Shown one piece after another: positions 18,930 to 28,371 of a stretch of DNA of 55,856 bases. How positions within the stretch are numbered: the first letter of the stretch is position 1; each line of letters opens with the position of its first letter. The DNA lies in contig JBDREN010000155.1 of assembly GCA_043819795.1 (NCBI GenBank), positions 1 to 55,856 on the forward strand, written 5' to 3'. The notes under the pieces were generated by a model. The model made no database searches. It saw only the letters and a list, made by a program, of their open reading frames with translations, and was not told the DNA's origin. This DNA is from Elusimicrobiota bacterium (GTDB taxonomy: Bacteria > Elusimicrobiota > Elusimicrobia > UBA1565). The position numbers were made by a program, and so were the translations under genes.

Positions 18930-19736
18930 ATGACGGCATCGGAACGCGTCAAGGTCGGCTGCTGCGGCTTCCCGGTGGCCCGCAGCAGCTACTTCCCCAG
19001 ACTCGCGGCAGTGGAGGTCGTCTCGACGGCGACCCGTCTCCCCCGGCTGGAGACCGCGCGCCGTTGGCGGACGGAGGCGCCCGAGGGCTTCGAGTTCGTG
19101 TTGCGGGCATGGCGGCGGATCACGCATCCCCCGACGAGCTCCGCGTATCGGCGTCCGGCGCCGGACGCCCGGGCGCGGTCCGGGCTGCGCTGCGGGCATT
19201 TCCGGGCGACGGACGAGGTCGGGGAGGCGTGGCATGCCTTCGAGGACGTCGCCGCGGTCCTGCGCCCGCACCTGATCGTATTCGATACTCCCTCGTCGTT
19301 CTACCCGAACGCGGACCACTTCCGCGACATGTACCGTTTCTTCAAAGGCATCCGGCGCGGGGGGGCGGCCTTGGTCTGGGCTCCCCAGGGCCGGGGGTGG
19401 GAGCGGCCCATGGTGCGCAAAGTGTGCGCCGACCTCGGGCTCATCCACGGCGTCGAGCCGTTGATCGGCTCCGGATGCGGCCGCGAGGGAGCGAGCGATC
19501 CATCGGCCGCTTCAGGGGCGCGGCGCGGCCGCGGGCCCCGCTATATCCGGGCGCGCGGCAGGCGCGTCGGGCGTCATCTGGATCGCGGGCTCAGCTTCGG
19601 CGAGGAGGAGCTCCGGGAGCTGGCGGCCCGGTGCGACGAGGGGCCGGCGTACGTCTTTTTCGAGAACAACGCCATGTGGCGCGACGCCCAACGCTTTCGA
19701 AAGATGGTTTCTCAAGGCGCCGGCATGGGCCGGTAA
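18930..19736 (+). CDS. DUF72 domain protein
   Basis: VKVGCCGF, WRTEAPEGFEF, ITH, TPSSF, YVFFENN. Confidence 0.85.
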   Translation: MTASERVKVGCCGFPVARSSYFPRLAAVEVVSTATRLPRLETARRWRTEAPEGFEFVLRAWRRITHPPTSSAYRRPAPDARARSGLRCGHFRATDEVGEAWHAFEDVAAVLRPHLIVFDTPSSFYPNADHFRDMYRFFKGIRRGGAALVWAPQGRGWERPMVRKVCADLGLIHGVEPLIGSGCGREGASDPSAASGARRGRGPRYIRARGRRVGRHLDRGLSFGEEELRELAARCDEGPAYVFFENNAMWRDAQRFRKMVSQGAGMGR

Positions 19737-19761
19737 CAGCGCCGGTCGCGCGCGGCGGTCT

Positions 19762-19824
19762 CCCGGCAGGGGGACCGTGCCCCGCGCCGTATGAGATGTG
19801 CGTCGGCGCTGTGGTGCGTCGACC
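19762..19824 (-). repeat. Degenerate intergenic copy of the 63-bp repeat
   Basis: Reverse complement reads GGTCGACGC..CGCCGACGC..GGCG..GGCACGGTCCCCCTGCCGGG, colinear with the consensus and 63 nt long. Confidence 0.65.
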
Positions 19825-19926
19825 GGTCGCTTGCACCGCTGGGTTATCAGGGATTGTACGCCCGCCGCAGGCAGGCATGCTTCCTTAATAGAGCGAAGGT
19901 GTAAGCGCCTCAAGCGCTGGATCGGA

Positions 19927-20300
19927 TGCGACACATAAGACGCCGACATGGTTCGGCGACTTTTATTAAGATTCCTCTTCGGGGGGGTCAGCGAGCGGTC
20001 GACCGAAGGGAGAGGAGCGAGCGCCGACGAAAGGGGGGGCAGAGCCCCCCTTGGAGAGCGGCCGAGCGGAGGCTGTTCTTTCCTCTCCGAAGCGAGGGGA
20101 CCCGACGCCCCCCGGCGGACTACCAGTCCGCCGGGCCGCGGAGGGCCGCGACAGGGAGGGGTGCGACATATTAGTCGCCGGCATGGTCCGGCGACCTTAG
20201 TCGGGGTGACCCGCAAGGCCCACTAAGGCGATGTGGGTCTTGCGGGCCCGAGGGGGCGGCAGCCCCCAGGGCGAGCACCGAGCGGAGCAGATTCCTCTCG
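19927..20300. other. Structured non-coding region with duplicated hairpin motif
   Basis: Imperfect direct repeats at 19927-19962 and 20162-20198 containing (GT/GA)CGCCGR-CATGGT-YCGGCGAC hairpins; long hairpin CCCGCAAGGCCCAC/GTGGGTCTTGCGGG at 20210-20246; GGGGGC-N3/4-GCCCCC motifs. Confidence 0.55.
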
Positions 20301-20318
20301 GAGCGAGGAGTGCGAGTA

Positions 20319-22187
20319 GTGTGTGGGATAGTAGGCATCTATAACCTCGACGGCAAGGCCGCGGACGCCGACGCCGTGCTGAGCGCGCGCGAGCGCCTCG
20401 CTCATCGCGGTCCCGACGAGGCCGGCGCTTGGTCCGAGGGGCCGGTCGCCTTCGGGTTCCGGCGCCTATCGATCCTCGACCTCGAGCACGGCCAGCAGCC
20501 CATGCGCTCGGCCGACGGGCGCCTGACGATCGTATTCAACGGCGAGATATACAATCATCCCCGCATCAAGGAGGAGCTCGAGCGCGCCGGCGTCCGCTAC
20601 CGGACGCGCTCCGACACCGAGTCCCTGCTGCACCTCTTCGCCCGCGAGGGAGACGGGGCCTTGCGTCGAGCGGAGGGCATGTTCGCGCTCGCCGTGTGGG
20701 ACGCGCGCAAGCACGAGCTGCTGTTGGCGCGCGACCCGGTCGGCGTGAAGCCCCTCTATTACCACTTCGATGGGAAGCGGCTCGCCTTCTCCTCCGAGCT
20801 GCGCTCCCTCGCGTCGCTGCTGCCGAATCTCGAGCTGGACTCGGCCGGAGTGCTCGACTACCTTTCCTACGGGTTCGTCCACTCCCCGCGGACGGTCCTT
20901 TCCTCGGTCCTGAAGCTCCCGCCGGGCCATCTGCTGAGGGTCAACGCCCACGGGCTCAAGCTCGAGTCGTTCTGGGAGATCCCGACGCGGCCGCCCTGGG
21001 CGGCTCACGCGCACCATGCTCCGAGCCGCGATCCGAGCCTGGCGGAGGCCATGGACGAAGTCGAGCGTCTGCTCATCGCCTCGGTCCGCGGCCAGCTCAT
21101 GAGCGACGTCCCCGTCGGGGCCTTCCTCAGCGGCGGGGTGGACTCCTCGCTGGTCACGGCCATCATGAGCCGCGCCACCGGCGGGAAGGTCCGGACCTTC
21201 AGCATCGGGTTCTCCGGCGTGCGCGCGGGCCTCGACGAGTCCGCCCACGCGCGCGCGGTGGCGCGCTACCTGGGCACCGACCACCACGAGCTCGTCCTTC
21301 CGGCGGACGTGCTCTCCCGCGTCGAGGATCTCGGGCAGTCCCTGGACGAGCCGATCGCCGACTCGGCCATCCTGCCGACGTTACTGCTCTCCCGCTTCGC
21401 TCGCGAGAGCGTCAAGGTCGTTCTGACCGGGGAGGGCGCCGACGAGCTTTTCGCGGGGTACGGGCGCTACAAGGCCGCCTACCTGTCGGAGGCCGTCGGC
21501 CGGATGCCGCAGTGGAGCCAGGCCATCGGTGCGGTGCTCGCGCGCCGGATGGGCAAGGGACGGCTCTTCCGGGAGCTCCCGCACGGCGGGCTGCGGGCCT
21601 GGGCCAGGGCGAGCGCGCACTCGCAGCCCGCCGAGCTCGACGGCATCTGCTGCCGGGATTTCTGGCGCCGGGCGGAGCGCGTCTCCCCGCTGGAATGGCT
21701 GAAGGACTCCGAGGAGCCTCACAGCCTCAAGGGGGCGCTGGCCTTCGACCTGAGGACGGTCCTGTGCGACTGCCTCCTTATGAAGGTCGACAAAACGACG
21801 ATGCGGGCCGGCCTGGAGGCGCGCGTGCCCTATCTGGACCGGCGTCTCGTCGAGTACGCGCTGCACCTGCCCGCGTCGTCCAAGATCCGCCGGCTGAAGG
21901 GCAAGTACCTCTTGCGCCGGCTCGCCGGCAAGTACCTCCCGAAGCCGATCGCCTGGCGGCGTAAGCACGGGTTCATCGTCCCGTGGGAGGAATGGGTGCG
22001 CTCGCCTTCGAACCGGGTGCTCGACGAGCTCTTGGCGCGCGGCGCCTGGAGGAGCTGGGGCGTCTTCGAGGAGGCCCGCCTGCGCTGGATGCTCGACGAG
22101 CTGCGCGCGGGGAGCCGGGAGGTCGACTCGGGCCTGTTCTTCCGCGTGGCCGTGTTCGCTCTCTGGCTGGAGTCGTTCAAGAACTAA
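20319..22187 (+). CDS. asnB: Asparagine synthase (glutamine-hydrolysing) family amidotransferase
   Basis: GTG start gives MCGIVG (Ntn Cys2) with GAGGAG SD; HRGPD, RRLSILD, FNGEIYN, LSGGVDSS, TGEGADELFAGY, LEARVPYLD. Confidence 0.93.
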   Translation: MCGIVGIYNLDGKAADADAVLSARERLAHRGPDEAGAWSEGPVAFGFRRLSILDLEHGQQPMRSADGRLTIVFNGEIYNHPRIKEELERAGVRYRTRSDTESLLHLFAREGDGALRRAEGMFALAVWDARKHELLLARDPVGVKPLYYHFDGKRLAFSSELRSLASLLPNLELDSAGVLDYLSYGFVHSPRTVLSSVLKLPPGHLLRVNAHGLKLESFWEIPTRPPWAAHAHHAPSRDPSLAEAMDEVERLLIASVRGQLMSDVPVGAFLSGGVDSSLVTAIMSRATGGKVRTFSIGFSGVRAGLDESAHARAVARYLGTDHHELVLPADVLSRVEDLGQSLDEPIADSAILPTLLLSRFARESVKVVLTGEGADELFAGYGRYKAAYLSEAVGRMPQWSQAIGAVLARRMGKGRLFRELPHGGLRAWARASAHSQPAELDGICCRDFWRRAERVSPLEWLKDSEEPHSLKGALAFDLRTVLCDCLLMKVDKTTMRAGLEARVPYLDRRLVEYALHLPASSKIRRLKGKYLLRRLAGKYLPKPIAWRRKHGFIVPWEEWVRSPSNRVLDELLARGAWRSWGVFEEARLRWMLDELRAGSREVDSGLFFRVAVFALWLESFKN

Positions 22188-22213
22188 GCACCGCAGGGCA
22201 AGCCTGCGGTGCT
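22187..22213 (+). repeat. 27-bp REP-like palindrome, copy 1
   Basis: AGCACCGCAGG-GCAAG-CCTGCGGTGCT between convergent genes. Confidence 0.8.
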
Positions 22214-22220
22214 GGCTCGA

Positions 22221-22718
22221 TCAACGGCAGGCGCCGTTCTGGCAGGTGAGGATCCCGCAGCACTGGCTGGCGGTGGCGCAGTGGCCCCCCTCGCCGATGC
22301 AGCCGGAGGACCCCTCGCAGACCCCGCCGCGGCACAGCGAGACGCCGCAGCAGTCCGCGCTCGCGGCGCAGTGCCGGCCGGCCTCGGAGCACTTCGCGGT
22401 GGAGCTGTCGCATACCCCGCCCGCGCAAAGGCTCGTGCCGCAGCAGTCGGCGCTCGAGGAGCAGTGGGCGCCCGCCTCGACGCACTCCGTGCCGGACGGC
22501 GCGCAGGCCCCCGCCTTGCATATCCCTTCGGCGCAGCAGTCCGCGCTCGTGTTGCAGTGGCCCCCGGCCTCGACGCAGGCGTATCCCGGCGGCGCCTCCA
22601 TGTCCGGGATATTGAGGTCTTCCTCGTCGATCGCGTCGCACGCCGCGAACGCGAACATGGCCCCGACAAGCGACAGGGCGATCAAGCGAGACAACGGGAG
22701 GGGCGGCTTCTTGTCCAT
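22221..22718 (-). CDS. Lipoprotein with four tandem 6-Cys knottin-like repeats
   Basis: MDKKPPLPLSRLIALSLVGAMFAFAA|C lipobox; 4 x C-x6-C-x5-CC-x4-C-x4-C; occupies the 3' end of the long antisense ORF 22221..24674. Confidence 0.8.
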   Translation of the reverse strand: MDKKPPLPLSRLIALSLVGAMFAFAACDAIDEEDLNIPDMEAPPGYACVEAGGHCNTSADCCAEGICKAGACAPSGTECVEAGAHCSSSADCCGTSLCAGGVCDSSTAKCSEAGRHCAASADCCGVSLCRGGVCEGSSGCIGEGGHCATASQCCGILTCQNGACR

Positions 22719-22869
22719 GACCGTGCCGTGGAAGATACGATAGGCTGTTTTCGTTCCCGGCGCAAGGGGCAAAGGGCCCAGCCATGCCGGTCGAAGCCGG
22801 CCGGCAGCGCGCCTCCTGTCCCCGGAATTTTTGTAAGCTAAGAGGCTGTCCCGGACCTCATCAAAGGCG

Positions 22870-25191
22870 ATGGAAGACCGCTCTCCCAAAAAGCCGCAGC
22901 CGCTCGCGAACGACGGGTCCGACCGCCTGGTCCACCAGTTCGAGCGTGCCGAGCAGCAGTCCATGCAGGACGTGCTGCGCCGCATCGCCGAGGCGGAGGC
23001 CAGGATCGCGGGGACGGCAGGCAGGGTCCAGGAAGGACTGAGCCGGCAGCTCGAGGACCTCCGCCGCCGCCTCGACGAGGCCAGGGCCGAGTTCGACCAG
23101 CACGCCGAGGAGTTCAGGCGATGGCTCGTCACGGGGCCGACGACGGAGGAGGATTTCCGCGCTCGCCTCGTGATGCTCGACATGGAGTACACGAGCCGGG
23201 TCCGGATCGGTGAGGAGGGGTTCCGGCTCGTGGCGGCGCGGTTCCAGGAGCACGTCAAGGAAGACCGCGCCTGGATGCGGGACTTTTTCGTGGAGGTGCG
23301 CGACGCGCTGCGGCTCCAGGTCCAGACCGCCCGGTCCCGGCTGGCCGAGGCGTTGGTCGAGCTCTGGAGGACGCCCGAGGCGTTCGAGCCGTTGCTGCGG
23401 GAGCGCCTCTGGAAGGATTGGGAGGCCCGGCTCGAGGACTCCCTGCGCAAGGAGCGCGAGTCCTTGAGCAAGCAGTTCCGGAAGCATGAGTTCGACGCGG
23501 TCCGCGCGGCCGAGAGCGAGGCGGCCAAGGCGCGCGAGGAAGCGGTATTGACGGGCGAGACCATGCGGCGGCGGCTCGATGTCCTCCAGCAGGAGCGGGA
23601 CATCGCCCGCCTGGCCGAGCTCGAGGCGCAGCGCGCGCGGGAACGCTCCGAGTCGCAGCGGGAGTCCCTGCTGGGGCGGCTGAGCGAGGCGGAGAGCGCG
23701 AGCAACGCCTCCCGGGTGGCCTCGGCCGAGGCCGAGCAGACCCTCAAGAAGCTGCGCGCCGAGAGAGCCTCGATGGTCGAGCGGCTGCACGCGGCGCAGA
23801 GCGAACGGGACCTCGGCCGGGCCAGCGCCGCGGAGATGAAGAAGGTCGTCGCGGAAGGGGCGCGCGAGAGGGGGGGCTTGTCGAGACGCGTCTTGGAGCT
23901 TGAGCGGGAGCTCGCTGATGGGCGCGCGAAGTGCGAGGCCCAGGAAGGGCGGCTGCGCGAAGCCGAGAGCGCGCGCGAGGCCGCCCGGCGGGAGGCGGGC
24001 GGGGCGGAGCAGGCCCTCAAGAAGCTGCGCGCCGAGAGATCGGCGCTCGTCGAGCGGATGGACTCCTCGGAGAGCGAGCGGGATTTCGTCAGGGCGGAGG
24101 CGGCCGGCATGAAGCGGGAGCTCGCGCAGGCGGGCGAGCTTCTCGGGCGGCTGCGCGAGACCGAGGCGGAGCGCGACAAGGCCCTGGAGGCGGCGGACCG
24201 GTCCGGAAGGGAGGCGGCCGAAGAGCGGGCGGCGGCGAAGGCTTTGAGGACGCGCCTGGCCGAGACGGACGCCGCCCGGGACCGTGCGCTGGCCGAGACG
24301 CGCTCCGGCCGCAGCTCGCGGAAGGAGGATCTGGAGCGGGTGCGCGCGAGGGGCGAGGTCCTGCTGCGGCAGTTGCGCGAGGCGGAGGGCGCGCGCGAGG
24401 CCGCCCGGATCGCGGCGCTCGAAGCCGAGCGGACGCTCAAGAAGCTGCGCTCCGAGAGGTCGGCGCTCGTGGAGCGCCTGCATTCCGCGGAGAGCGAGCG
24501 GGATCTCGGGCTGGCCGGGGCCGCGGAGATGAAGAGCGCCCTCTCCCAGGGGCGTCGCGAGAGGGAAGTCATGGCGCGGCGCCTCCTGGATCTCGAAGGG
24601 GAGCTCGAATCCGCCAAGCGCAAGCAGCGGGACCAGGAGCAGACGCTCCGTCTACAGCCCGACGCGGCGCGCATGGAGAGGGCTCTGGGCGAGAAGGATC
24701 AGGAGATCGCCCGCCTCAAGGAGGCCGCGGCTTCGGAGAAGTCGGCCCCGGCGGCCGCCTCCGAGCCCGGACTCGACGTCGCCGCCGCCGAGGAGCTGCG
24801 CGAGCGCCTCCGCAAGGCGGAGGCCGAGCGCGACGAAGCGGAGGCCGAGCGCGGCAAGGCGGTGGCCGCGGCGGAGCGGGCCGCCAGGGAGGCGGCCACC
24901 GAGCAGGCCACGGCGAAGGCCTTGCGGACGCGCCTGCTCGAGGCGGACGTCGCCCGGGACCGCGCGCTGGCCGAGACCCGGACCAGTTGGGGGTCCCAGA
25001 GGGAGGAGCTCGAGGCGGCGCTGGCCGACAAGACGAGTACGCTGACCATGCTGCGCACGCAGTTCGAGCTGAAGGAGCGCGCCTGGCTCGAGGCCGCGGT
25101 CAAGCAGGACGCGCAGCGCATGCAGGAGATCTTCAGGCTGCGGGCGGAGGTCCAGAAGCTCAGGTGGGCTTCGAGCAAGCAGGCCGAATGA
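22870..25191 (+). CDS. Long coiled-coil protein with internal repeats
   Basis: E/R/A/L-rich heptads; 3 x AE.(T/A)LKKLR.ERS/A..VER....SERD and 2 x AKALRTRL.E.D.ARDRALAETR. Confidence 0.75.
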   Translation: MEDRSPKKPQPLANDGSDRLVHQFERAEQQSMQDVLRRIAEAEARIAGTAGRVQEGLSRQLEDLRRRLDEARAEFDQHAEEFRRWLVTGPTTEEDFRARLVMLDMEYTSRVRIGEEGFRLVAARFQEHVKEDRAWMRDFFVEVRDALRLQVQTARSRLAEALVELWRTPEAFEPLLRERLWKDWEARLEDSLRKERESLSKQFRKHEFDAVRAAESEAAKAREEAVLTGETMRRRLDVLQQERDIARLAELEAQRARERSESQRESLLGRLSEAESASNASRVASAEAEQTLKKLRAERASMVERLHAAQSERDLGRASAAEMKKVVAEGARERGGLSRRVLELERELADGRAKCEAQEGRLREAESAREAARREAGGAEQALKKLRAERSALVERMDSSESERDFVRAEAAGMKRELAQAGELLGRLRETEAERDKALEAADRSGREAAEERAAAKALRTRLAETDAARDRALAETRSGRSSRKEDLERVRARGEVLLRQLREAEGAREAARIAALEAERTLKKLRSERSALVERLHSAESERDLGLAGAAEMKSALSQGRREREVMARRLLDLEGELESAKRKQRDQEQTLRLQPDAARMERALGEKDQEIARLKEAAASEKSAPAAASEPGLDVAAAEELRERLRKAEAERDEAEAERGKAVAAAERAAREAATEQATAKALRTRLLEADVARDRALAETRTSWGSQREELEAALADKTSTLTMLRTQFELKERAWLEAAVKQDAQRMQEIFRLRAEVQKLRWASSKQAE

Positions 25192-25245
25192 TCGATCCCG
25201 CTCTTCCGAGCCGATGTCCCGGCAAAAGTGGTAGAATGCGCGCAA

Positions 25246-25851
25246 ATGCCTTTTTCCAAAAGGCAAAAGTCCGATTTCTATAAGCTGCTGCTCGAGCAGG
25301 CCGACAAGACCTTGGAGGGGCTCGCGGCCCTGGACGCCTTCATCCAGTCCCCCGATCCCGGCAGGGGCATGGCGGTCCGGGACCTCGAGAAGGAGGCCGA
25401 CGGCCTGCGTCGCGCCGTGGTCGAGGCGCTCGACGGGTCGGTCGCGACCCCCATGGACCGCGAGGACGTCTTCGCGCTGTCGCGCGCCATCGACGACATG
25501 GCCGACTACGCGAAGGCCGCGGCCGAGGAGATGACGCTCTTCGAGGTCCCCACCGACGACTTTCTCAGGAGGATGGCGCGCGCTCTCCGCGAGGCCGGCC
25601 AGGACATCGCCGCCGCGGTGCGCTCCCTGCGCGATTCCCCGCGTCTGGCCGAAGATCGGGTCATGCGCGCGAAGAGGACCGCGAGCTTCGTGGAGCGCAT
25701 CTGCCGCGAGGCGCTCTCGGAGCTGCTCAAGAAGCCCGGCGTCGTCGGGGTCCTGAAGACGCGCGAGATCTACCGGCACCTTTCCGACGCGGCCGACCGC
25801 GGCAACGAGGCCGCCGATATCATCGGCGACATGTTGGTGAAGTCCTCATGA
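25246..25851 (+). CDS. DUF47 / PhoU-like phosphate transport regulator
   Basis: LEKEAD, TPMDREDVFALSRAIDDMAD, REIYRHLSDAADR; ATG 8 nt after TGG-TAGAAT extended -10. Confidence 0.88.
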   Translation: MPFSKRQKSDFYKLLLEQADKTLEGLAALDAFIQSPDPGRGMAVRDLEKEADGLRRAVVEALDGSVATPMDREDVFALSRAIDDMADYAKAAAEEMTLFEVPTDDFLRRMARALREAGQDIAAAVRSLRDSPRLAEDRVMRAKRTASFVERICREALSELLKKPGVVGVLKTREIYRHLSDAADRGNEAADIIGDMLVKSS

Positions 25852-27623
25852 TCCCGAAGACGGTCCCGCTCCCGGAGGAATCTCCCCGCGGGACCCCCGC
25901 AAAAGGCCCCGCCGGCGGGAAGGGCCGCACCGGCCGCCAGGACATCTCCCGAGGGCGTCCGGCACGGCGCCCCTGCCGGGGTGGACGCCGCACCTGCCGC
26001 CCACGCCCGTCCCTAGGGCGGCCGGCATGGCGCCCCTGCCGGGGTGGACGCCGCACCTGCCGCCCACGCCCGTCCCTAGGGCGGCCGGCATGGCGCCCCT
26101 GCCGGGGTGGACGCCGCGCGCTGATCGCGGCGGCGTGCCTGTGCCTCGCCCTGTCGGCTTCGGCGGAGAACATCAGGCTCACGGTGCTCCACACCAACGA
26201 CATCCACGGCTGGATCATGGCGCGCCCCGACCGCAAGGCCGGCGGCCGCATGGTCGGCGGAGCGGCGGCCCTGGCCCGGGTCGTCAAGCGGGAGCGGGGC
26301 AAGGGCGGCCCGATGCTGCTCCTCGACGCCGGAGACTGGTTCCAGGGGACTCCCGAGGGCACCATCACGCGGGGCCGTTCGGTCGCGGACATCTTCAACG
26401 CGCTTGAGTACGACGCCGTGACCTTGGGGAACCACGAATACGACTACGGAGAGGAGCCGCTCAAGGCGCTTATCGCGCGGCTCGAGGTCCCGGTGGTCGG
26501 GTCCAACGTCCATGGCGTCGCCGGTGGAGGGCCGGTCGACTATGTGAAGCCCTATATCGTCAAGGAAGTCGCCGGGGTGAAGGTGGGGATCTTCGGCCTG
26601 CTGACCACGAGGATGCCCGTCATCACCATTCCCAAGAACGTGGCGGGCCTGCGCTTTCCGGACGAGGTCGAGACCGCCAGACGGATGGTGGCCGCTCTGC
26701 GCGAGGCGGGCGCGGATGTGGTCGTCGCCCTGAGCCACATCGCCCGCGGCGCCGCGGAGAGGGGCGGCTCCTTGAGCGACCGGGACCTGGCGGAGCGCGT
26801 CTCCGGCATCGACCTGATCGTCGGAGGGCATGCGCACGTGCCCGTGTTCGAGCCGGAGCGCGACCAGAGGACGGGCACTTTGATCGTGAACACGGGCTGG
26901 GCCCTCACGAGAGTGGGCCGCGCGGTGCTGGAGATCGATCCGGAGAGGAAAAGGGTCGTCTCCTCGAAGGGGGAGCTCGTGGACCTCTGGATCGACGAGG
27001 TGGGAGAGGACCCGGAGATCCGGAAGATCGTGGAGAAGTATCAGGAGGAGGTCGGCAGGAGGCTGGAGGTGGTCATCGCCACCGCGTCGGTCACCCTGGA
27101 GCACGACCGCGAGAAGATATCCTCCCTGGGCGTCTGGGTGACGGACTGCATCCGCCGATGGACCAAGACCCAGATCGCGTTCCAGAACGGCGGGGGCATC
27201 CGGGCCGACCTGCGGGCCGGGCCCGTGCGGCTTCGCGACATTTTCGAGATCATGCCCTTCGATAACTACGTGGTGACGCTCTATATGAGCGGGGCGGGCG
27301 TCAGGAGCATCCTGGAGCACGGCGTGTCCAGGGCTCCGGGCAAGGTGCAGGTCTCCGGCCTCCGGTTCAAGTACGATCCGGATGCCCCGGCCGGGCGGCG
27401 CCTGCGCGAGGTATCGGTCGGGGGCCGGCCCTTGGCGGACGACGAGGTCTACTCCGTGAGCGCCCCCGACTTTCTCGTCCTGGGCGGCGACGACTACGAG
27501 GCGTTCGGGGAGGGCACCGACAAGGCGGTCACCGGGACCTTGAGCCGCGACGCTCTCATCTGGTGCGCCCAGGAGAATTCCCCCATCGAGGCGCGGGATG
27601 CCGGCCGCGTTCTAGTCCACTGA
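25848..27623 (+). CDS. Exported 5'-nucleotidase / UDP-sugar hydrolase (UshA-like), with 63-bp repeats inside the signal peptide n-region
   Basis: LHTNDIHG, LLDAGDWFQG, LGNHEYDYG, IVGGHAH, NGGGIRA, MPFDN; signal h-region ALIAAACLCLALSASA. Confidence 0.92.
   Translation: MIPKTVPLPEESPRGTPAKGPAGGKGRTGRQDISRGRPARRPCRGGRRTCRPRPSLGRPAWRPCRGGRRTCRPRPSLGRPAWRPCRGGRRALIAAACLCLALSASAENIRLTVLHTNDIHGWIMARPDRKAGGRMVGGAAALARVVKRERGKGGPMLLLDAGDWFQGTPEGTITRGRSVADIFNALEYDAVTLGNHEYDYGEEPLKALIARLEVPVVGSNVHGVAGGGPVDYVKPYIVKEVAGVKVGIFGLLTTRMPVITIPKNVAGLRFPDEVETARRMVAALREAGADVVVALSHIARGAAERGGSLSDRDLAERVSGIDLIVGGHAHVPVFEPERDQRTGTLIVNTGWALTRVGRAVLEIDPERKRVVSSKGELVDLWIDEVGEDPEIRKIVEKYQEEVGRRLEVVIATASVTLEHDREKISSLGVWVTDCIRRWTKTQIAFQNGGGIRADLRAGPVRLRDIFEIMPFDNYVVTLYMSGAGVRSILEHGVSRAPGKVQVSGLRFKYDPDAPAGRRLREVSVGGRPLADDEVYSVSAPDFLVLGGDDYEAFGEGTDKAVTGTLSRDALIWCAQENSPIEARDAGRVLVH
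25924..26117 (+). repeat. 63-bp intragenic repeat, ~3 tandem units (read [21 protein letters not shown])
   Basis: 63-nt period visible in sequence, same unit as 16814 and 49057 but read in a different frame. Confidence 0.9.
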
Positions 27624-27624
27624 T

Positions 27625-28212
27625 ATGCTGAAGAAAGTCCAACAAAAAGCCGGCCAAGCCTGGACCCTGACGAAGAAGCTCCTGGCCTCCATGTGCGTCT
27701 GGGGGCTCATCTTCAGTCTAGTGACGATCGGAAAGTTCCGCGTCGCTTTCGACTACGACGACACGCTGGTCTTCTCCACCCCGGCCTTCTCCAAGGGCTT
27801 CGCGAGCGGGATTACGCCCTTCAGCCCCAGGTTCTGGGAGGTCGTCAACAACAGCTACGACCTGGAGCGGCCCAAGGTGCTGGTCTATTCGATGGCCTGG
27901 GTCTTCCGGATCCTGGGGTTCAAGGTCACGGTCCTGACGCCCCGCCCCTCCTACGGCGGCGAGGCGCTCAGGAAGGATTGGCGCTACCTGGCCACGGACT
28001 TCTATTTCGCGGGAGGCAAGGCGAACAAGCACGAGTACCTGGCCAAGGGAAACCATATCCTCTACTTCGGCGACTCGGACTCCGATATCAGGGAGGGCCG
28101 CAAGGCGAAGGTCCTGACCCTGCGCGTCAAGCGCAGCTCCAAGTCCTCGTACAAGGAAGACTACAACCCCGGCAGCCTCCGCGAGATCGTCATCCCCTTC
28201 TCGGAATATTGA
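27625..28212 (+). CDS. HAD-family class B acid phosphatase (AphA-like)
   Basis: FDYDDTLVFSTPAF (DxDDT motif), FWE.VNN, YFGDSDSDI. Confidence 0.8.
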   Translation: MLKKVQQKAGQAWTLTKKLLASMCVWGLIFSLVTIGKFRVAFDYDDTLVFSTPAFSKGFASGITPFSPRFWEVVNNSYDLERPKVLVYSMAWVFRILGFKVTVLTPRPSYGGEALRKDWRYLATDFYFAGGKANKHEYLAKGNHILYFGDSDSDIREGRKAKVLTLRVKRSSKSSYKEDYNPGSLREIVIPFSEY

Positions 28213-28218
28213 CCGGTC

Positions 28219-28245
28219 AGCGCCGCAGGCTTGCCCTGCGGCGCT
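28219..28245 (-). repeat. 27-bp REP-like palindrome, copy 2
   Basis: AGCGCCGCAGG-CTTGC-CCTGCGGCGCT (reverse orientation relative to copy 1). Confidence 0.8.
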
Positions 28246-28321
28246 TAGTTCCGTGCTCCTTCGGCGGTGTCCGCTCTCAGGCATTTCGCGGGTGAAGAGT
28301 ATCGGGCGCATCGACGGCGGC

Positions 28322-28350
28322 TTGTCTGCGGCGAGTGCACTTGATATAAT
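28322..28350 (+). promoter_or_regulatory. sigma70-type promoter of tpiA / BMC locus
   Basis: TTGTCT-17 nt-TATAAT with TGn extension. Confidence 0.75.
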
Positions 28351-28371
28351 TCAGGAAACGTAAAAGGGGGT

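Noticed and set aside
20319..22718. Lasso peptide or other RiPP cluster (AsnB-like cyclase plus Cys-rich peptide)
   Set aside because: AsnB has an intact Ntn glutaminase domain, no B1/B2 proteins or precursor, and the Cys-rich gene is a convergent lipoprotein
22719..24674. 817-aa minus-strand ORF 22221..24674 as one protein
   Set aside because: Upstream part is the Ser/Arg-rich antisense shadow of the coiled-coil gene; only the last 165 codons look real
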